Position numbers and translations under genes: made by a program. Shown one piece after another: positions 59,166 through 64,000 of a stretch of DNA of 64,000 nt. The notes beneath the pieces are model-generated. The model was not told the DNA's origin. It ran no database searches and was given only the letters and a program-made list of their open reading frames with translations. The first letter of the stretch is position 1, and every line of letters starts with the position of its first letter. Source of the stretch: an uncultured Acidobacteriota bacterium. GTDB lineage: Bacteria; Acidobacteriota; Thermoanaerobaculia; Gp7-AA8. The stretch spans positions 288,001-352,000 of the forward strand of contig CAVUKB010000005.1 in NCBI GenBank assembly GCA_963741955.1. The letters run 5' to 3'.

Positions 59166-60020
59166 ATGAGAGCCTACCTATGGTTTCCGGCGGCAGTCGC
59201 GATCGTCCTCGTCGTGGCGGAGATCCTCGCCCAGTGGATGAAGAGCCGGTCGCTCTTTTTTCCCGACCAGTACCCTGCGGGCGAGTGGAACAACACCGTG
59301 CTTCAGCCGAGACCCGAGGAGGTCCGGTTCAGGACGGCCGACGGTGTCGAGCTCCACGGCTGGTTTTTTCACGGAGAGACCGGGCGTCCCGTTCTGATCT
59401 GGTTCCACGGCAACGCCGGCAACATCACCGGCCGGGCATCGACCGCCTGCAGGCTCGCCGCGCGCGGACTGTCGGTATTCCTCTTCGACTACCGCGGATA
59501 CGGGAAAAGCGAAGGGAAGCCGTCGGAGAAGGGCCTGCTGCTCGACTCTCTGGCTGCATACGACCGATTGGCGGAGAGATACGCGCCGAACGCCGATCGA
59601 TTCGTTCTGTACGGTGAATCGCTCGGCGGGCCCTACGCTGCGAAAGTGGCTACGCTGCGACCCGCTCGATGCGTGGTCATCGAAAACTCGTTCCCGTCGC
59701 TGGCCGCGATGGCGAATCACATCTATCGTCCCTTCCCGATCGGTTTTCTCCTCCCCTTCTCTCTCACCACGTCGCGATGGCTTCGTCGTGCGGGCCTTCC
59801 AGTTCTGGTCATGCATGGAAGGAGGGACATGACGATCCCGTTCGAGCTCGGTCTCGAGCTCTACCGATCGATCCCCTCCCCGAAAGAGCTGTTCATCTCT
59901 CCGGATGCCGATCACACTGAGATTCCCGAGGTGTCAGGCGAAACGTACGAGCGTACGGTGATCGAGTTCATCGAACGGGTGGGGCGAGCCTCGATGCCGC
60001 AGCGCGGGGTCAGGGGATGA
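59166..60020 (+). CDS. Alpha/beta hydrolase (ABHD13/17-like)
   Basis: FHGNAGN, DYRGYGKS, GESLGG, HGRRD. Confidence 0.87.
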   Translation: MRAYLWFPAAVAIVLVVAEILAQWMKSRSLFFPDQYPAGEWNNTVLQPRPEEVRFRTADGVELHGWFFHGETGRPVLIWFHGNAGNITGRASTACRLAARGLSVFLFDYRGYGKSEGKPSEKGLLLDSLAAYDRLAERYAPNADRFVLYGESLGGPYAAKVATLRPARCVVIENSFPSLAAMANHIYRPFPIGFLLPFSLTTSRWLRRAGLPVLVMHGRRDMTIPFELGLELYRSIPSPKELFISPDADHTEIPEVSGETYERTVIEFIERVGRASMPQRGVRG

Positions 60021-61006
60021 GCGGCCCGCGACTTCTGCGAACCGACCTCTCCGATGAGCGGGTTCTGATTGCACCCGATCGCGGAGCTCGGCCTCACGCG
60101 TTCCTTGCCGGCGCTTCCCGCCGCCGGGAAACGAATCCGGTGGACTGCCCTTTCTGCCCCGGGAACGAGGAACAGACACCACCGGAGACGCTGCGAGTTG
60201 GCGCCCCTGACTGGCGAGTTCGGGTCTTCCCGAACAAGTACCCGATGTTCGTGACCGGGACCGCGGGCAACGGCGGAAGGGATGGAACACCGGCCGAAGG
60301 CGCACACGAGGTGATCGTCGAGACCCGGGATCACCTCGCGGCGCTCGCGTTCCTCGACGCCGGACATTGGCGTGACATCGTGACCACATATCGCGATCGC
60401 TACCGGGTTCTCGCCTCGCTCGAAGGCGTCTCGTGCGTACAGCTGTTCAAGAACGCGGGCACTGCAGCAGGCGAATCGATCGACCATCCTCACAGCCAGA
60501 TCATCGCGATGGGAATCGTCCCCCCGAACCTCGGGCGCATGGCGGCCCGGTTCGAGAGCGCCGCTGCGGCCGGAGACGGATGTCCACTGTGCGGGATACT
60601 CAGTCGTTCCGAATACTCGATCGTGGAGGACGACGGATTCGTGTGGATGGTGCCGCCGGTTCCGCGGCTGCCGTTCGAGCAGTGGATCGTTCCCAGGAGA
60701 CATCACGGCAATCCAGCCGGCATAGAGGACTTCGAGATCCCTCTGCTGGCGCGCCTCCTCGGGACGATGCTCGACGCTACAGACCTGGCGCTCGGCGAAC
60801 CTCCCTTCAACTGGTACTGGTACGCGGCTCCGAAGGGATCCGCGTCCGGGACGTTTCACTGGTACCTCTCCATGCAGCCCCGTCTCACCGGGCTCGGAGG
60901 GTTCGAGTTGAGCACGGGGATCTACGTGAACGTGGTGGCCCCGGAAACGGCCGCGACGCGTCTGCGAAACTCGATGGATCGATCGAAGACTCTCCGCTCG
61001 CTATGA
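60017..61006 (+). CDS. galT: Galactose-1-phosphate uridylyltransferase family
   Basis: CPFCPGNE, FPNKYP, HEVIVET, GESIDHPHSQ, GFELSTG. Confidence 0.87.
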   Translation: MSGPRLLRTDLSDERVLIAPDRGARPHAFLAGASRRRETNPVDCPFCPGNEEQTPPETLRVGAPDWRVRVFPNKYPMFVTGTAGNGGRDGTPAEGAHEVIVETRDHLAALAFLDAGHWRDIVTTYRDRYRVLASLEGVSCVQLFKNAGTAAGESIDHPHSQIIAMGIVPPNLGRMAARFESAAAAGDGCPLCGILSRSEYSIVEDDGFVWMVPPVPRLPFEQWIVPRRHHGNPAGIEDFEIPLLARLLGTMLDATDLALGEPPFNWYWYAAPKGSASGTFHWYLSMQPRLTGLGGFELSTGIYVNVVAPETAATRLRNSMDRSKTLRSL

Positions 61007-61034
61007 TGGATCGTCGATTCCGGAGTGGTGTTCG

Positions 61035-61724
61035 ATGATCCCGCTGCGAGACTCCAATCCGAGACGATCCGCGCCCGTGATCAACACGACGCTGATCGTG
61101 ATCAACATCCTCTTCTTTTTCTGGGAGCTCTCGCTGGGGCCCCTCCTCCCTCGCGCCATGCAGCAGTGGGCGTTCGTGCCGGCCCGGTTCTGGTCGGGAG
61201 CACCATTCACCGAGGACCTCGCCCGCATTTTCACCTCCATGTTCCTGCATGGGGGATGGCTTCATCTCGGCGGGAATATGCTCTACCTCTGGATCTTCGG
61301 CGACAACATCGAAGACCACCTCGGCCATCTTCGCTACCTTCTGTTTTACTTCGCCTGCGGCCTCGCCGCCACCATGGCGCATGCGATCTCGAACACCACT
61401 TCACTCCTCCCCTCGGTAGGAGCATCCGGGGCAATCGCAGGAGTTCTGGGAGCCTACCTGGTCCTGTTCCCCCACTCCCGCGTACTCACGGTGATTCCGA
61501 TCTTCTTCTACATCATCGTCAGAGAGTTGCCGGCCCTGATCGTCCTCGGGTTCTGGTTCGTGATCCAGATCTTCAGCGGAATCGCCTCCCTCCCGGCACG
61601 CACGAGCGCCGAGACCGGAGGCGTCGCGTACTTCGCACACATCGGCGGTTTCGCCGCCGGGATCTTCCTGATCTTCCTCCTGCGAGGGAGGTCACGACCC
61701 GCGCGCCGGCGATGGCCGGAGTGA
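61035..61724 (+). CDS. Rhomboid intramembrane serine protease
   Basis: MFLHGGWLHLGGNM, GASG, AHIGG. Confidence 0.93.
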   Translation: MIPLRDSNPRRSAPVINTTLIVINILFFFWELSLGPLLPRAMQQWAFVPARFWSGAPFTEDLARIFTSMFLHGGWLHLGGNMLYLWIFGDNIEDHLGHLRYLLFYFACGLAATMAHAISNTTSLLPSVGASGAIAGVLGAYLVLFPHSRVLTVIPIFFYIIVRELPALIVLGFWFVIQIFSGIASLPARTSAETGGVAYFAHIGGFAAGIFLIFLLRGRSRPARRRWPE

Positions 61725-61781
61725 TCCAAAGACAAATGCCCGGCCGGAGCCGGGCATTGGATTTCCAGCAGAGAGAGATAC

Positions 61782-62546
61782 TCAGGCGCGGCCGTGAAAG
61801 AACGTGTCCAGAAGCTCGTATGCGTGGCGAAGTTTTTCGGAAGGCACGGTGAGCTCCGAAAAGGCATCGCGGTAGGTGAGCGATGTTCTCTGCAGGTTCT
61901 TTTCGCGCAATGAGAATGCGAGCTCCCGCAAAACCTGAGCCGAAACGGGATCGAGCTCCGGACGTTTGATCTCGGCCTCCAGAATCGAGAGCGCCTGACC
62001 GAGAGGCGCAGGAAGACCGAAGTCGCTGTGAGACGCAGAGGGATGGTCCGGCATGATCGATCCGATCGAACCCGCCGAGCGTCCCGCCGGAAGAGGCGAT
62101 GTGCTGTCGAGGTCGACCGACCCGGGCAGCTGCTTGAGCTGAGAGGTGAACTTCCCGAGCATGAGATAGATCTCCTTCTCGTTCGCGAAGTTTCCGACCA
62201 GGCGACTTCCCTTCGAGAGCTCCAGTTGCTCGGATTCCTGCAGCATGATGTACGCCTTGGCGCGATCCTCGAGGGCGATCTTCTTGGCCTGGACCTTCCA
62301 TGCGGTGAGAGTTCCCTGGATGAAGCACGCTTGCGCCGCACGAACCGTCACCGCTTCGACGCTGACGTTGTCTTCGATGCGGATCGAGCCGTTCGTGGAC
62401 TCCAGTTCGGAGTAATTGCCGGAGTTCTGAATCACCAGATTCCCCGGTGTTTTGATCGATAGCTGTCCCTGATTGTTGATGCGGATCTCCGTCCCCTTGG
62501 GAATGATCATCGTGGGAAAGTTCGTCTGTTCGGCCGCGCTCGACAT
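61782..62546 (-). CDS. Bactofilin-like beta-helix protein with helical C-terminal extension
   Basis: IIPKGTEI...GSIRIEDNVSVE...IQGTL...LELSKGSRLVGN pattern; ATG overlaps the M23 stop. Confidence 0.6.
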   Translation of the reverse strand: MSSAAEQTNFPTMIIPKGTEIRINNQGQLSIKTPGNLVIQNSGNYSELESTNGSIRIEDNVSVEAVTVRAAQACFIQGTLTAWKVQAKKIALEDRAKAYIMLQESEQLELSKGSRLVGNFANEKEIYLMLGKFTSQLKQLPGSVDLDSTSPLPAGRSAGSIGSIMPDHPSASHSDFGLPAPLGQALSILEAEIKRPELDPVSAQVLRELAFSLREKNLQRTSLTYRDAFSELTVPSEKLRHAYELLDTFFHGRA

Positions 62547-63589
62547 CACCCTCTCCTTCTCCCGCCCGTAAATGCCGTTGGCAGGGGATCGAAATCGTTG
62601 TAGTCCTTCGAGGAGGTCCGTGCCTGGATCAGGAGTCGTTCCTCGTCGTTCCACCGGTAGTTCAGGATGTAGATCCGGGGATCGACCGGAATGAACTGTC
62701 CGGCCTTCTGAAGATCCGTGCGGACTTCGTAGTGCAGATGGGAGTTGGTGCTCCATCCCGTCGATCCGACCCTGGCGATGATGTCACCCTGCCGGACCGT
62801 CTGTCCCGGACGTACGTTCACCGTGTCGCAGTGAGCGTAGATCGTGATGAACCGATCGGAGTGCCGGAGGACGACCACGTTGCCGAATCTCCACCAGGCC
62901 ACGCTCTTCCGCAGCGGGTAGCGGCCGGAAAAAGTCACCACCCCGTCGGCGGTCGCGTAGACCGGTGTTCCCGAAGGAGCCGCCAGATCGAGACCGCGAT
63001 GCGCGTCGGGACGCCTGGTGAATGGCGAGATCCGTTTCCCGAAGGGAGACGTCAGGACGAAGCGATCGGCCGGCAGAGGGAGGATGGACGGGATGTGCCG
63101 CACCATCTCCGAGTTCGCCGCCTCGTATTGCGCGAGCATCTCCACCTGATGGACCAGACGTTGCGTCGACGCCCTCAGCTGAAGCTCTTTCTCCAAAGCG
63201 TCATGAAGGGCGAGGTCGACCCCTTTCAGAGTCTTCGATCCTCCGGCACTCGTGCCGCCCTGCCCCCACCCGTCTTCGTCGAGACCGTAGACGGTGATCA
63301 GCTTCTCCACTCTCACCCTCTGGTCATCGAGCGCGCGCTCGAGAGCGCTCATCTGAGTGACGTGTTCCTGCAATCTCCGGCTCTGAACCACGCGCTGCTG
63401 ACGCATCACGCTCAGATGGCTGCTCCGGTAATTTCTGCGGATCACTGTCGGAGCGGCGAACATCGAGCCGACGACTATTCCGAGCAGAACGAAGCCCGCA
63501 GTGATCACGAGCGTGACCGTCCTCCGATCCAGGAAGAGATAGCGGACCTTGCGACGGATGTCGCTCGGATGAATCTGTATTTCGATCAT
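62546..63589 (-). CDS. M23 family peptidoglycan endopeptidase with TM and coiled coil
   Basis: HRGLD, GTPVYATADG, YAH, GSTGWST..HLHYE. Confidence 0.92.
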   Translation of the reverse strand: MIEIQIHPSDIRRKVRYLFLDRRTVTLVITAGFVLLGIVVGSMFAAPTVIRRNYRSSHLSVMRQQRVVQSRRLQEHVTQMSALERALDDQRVRVEKLITVYGLDEDGWGQGGTSAGGSKTLKGVDLALHDALEKELQLRASTQRLVHQVEMLAQYEAANSEMVRHIPSILPLPADRFVLTSPFGKRISPFTRRPDAHRGLDLAAPSGTPVYATADGVVTFSGRYPLRKSVAWWRFGNVVVLRHSDRFITIYAHCDTVNVRPGQTVRQGDIIARVGSTGWSTNSHLHYEVRTDLQKAGQFIPVDPRIYILNYRWNDEERLLIQARTSSKDYNDFDPLPTAFTGGRRRG

Positions 63590-63655
63590 GACCGTCCCCG
63601 CGGGGGAAAGGACAATATAACACCAACAATTCGAGGGACAAAGCTCGGTCCGCCG

Positions 63656-63822
63656 GTAGGAGTCTGCGCGATAGAAACGTCCGTAGCGAGAAAGCGGAGC
63701 AACGAGGCCAAATTCGATCGGATTTGAGGTGCGTAGCGGTGGCTACTCGCCGAAAATCCGGGCGGATTTGGACCGTTGATCCGCTTTCGCAGTCGGACAG
63801 TTTCTACCGCGCAGACTCCTAG
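63656..63822. mobile_element. MITE-2 second copy (inverted), abutting the IS left end
   Basis: Reverse complement of 58307-58473 with a few mismatches. Confidence 0.88.
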
Positions 63823-64000
63823 GAGTCTGCGCGGTAGAAACCCGGTTCGCGGCAAATCGGCATGATAAAAGGTGAATGGTTAGTAGTAACGATAATATGT
63901 TAAGATTAGGTCATGCCGACCACGTATAGGCCATACCGACCGGAGCAGTCGCTGCTGCTTCCGCCCTCGCCATACGAGTGGCTCCCTGAGGGTCACTTGG
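63819..64000 (+). mobile_element. IS1182-family insertion sequence: left end and transposase start (ATG 63913), truncated by the window
   Basis: TIR CTAGGAGTCTGCGCGGTAGAAAC, then MPTTYRPYRPEQSLLLPPSPYEWLPEGHL, which matches the IS1182 transposase N-terminal pattern (Q..LLPP....W.P..HL). Confidence 0.8.

Noticed and set aside
1-64000. tRNA, rRNA, prophage or known defence systems
   Set aside because: None recognised by eye; tRNAscan, Rfam and DefenseFinder runs would be needed to exclude them formally.

Overview
High-GC (roughly 65% by eye) bacterial chromosomal segment; gene content and protein style suggest Acidobacteriota, possibly Thermoanaerobaculia (inference). It opens with an anaerobic benzoyl-CoA pathway operon (had-oah-bcrC-bcrB, truncated by the window edge). 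Accessory genes follow among REP-like arrays, then a core block (nagZ, mutS, ACP-fabF, STAS, asparaginase, DsbA). A roughly 22 kb accessory region (24.9-47.3 kb) is bracketed by GGGGTCAGAG repeats. It holds asnB, a PepSY/YncE/two-TCS/RND/phosphatase cluster and a REP-associated tyrosine transposase (RAYT). A second core-like block follows (hemW, HD-GYP operon, trxA, L,D-transpeptidases, galT, rhomboid, M23-bactofilin), and the window ends in the start of an IS1182-like element with its MITEs. The best non-obvious signal is an unannotated Asn-rich leader peptide (NFNLNN) with a complete terminator/antiterminator switch upstream of asnB, i.e. a putative asparagine-sensing ribosome-mediated attenuator. 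Other notable signals are frequent leaderless gene starts, stacked CTAG-ended MITEs, a Cys-to-Ser L,D-transpeptidase paralog, and a deleted response regulator beside 11-bp-phased TTCA boxes. All calls come from reading the sequence; no searches were run.
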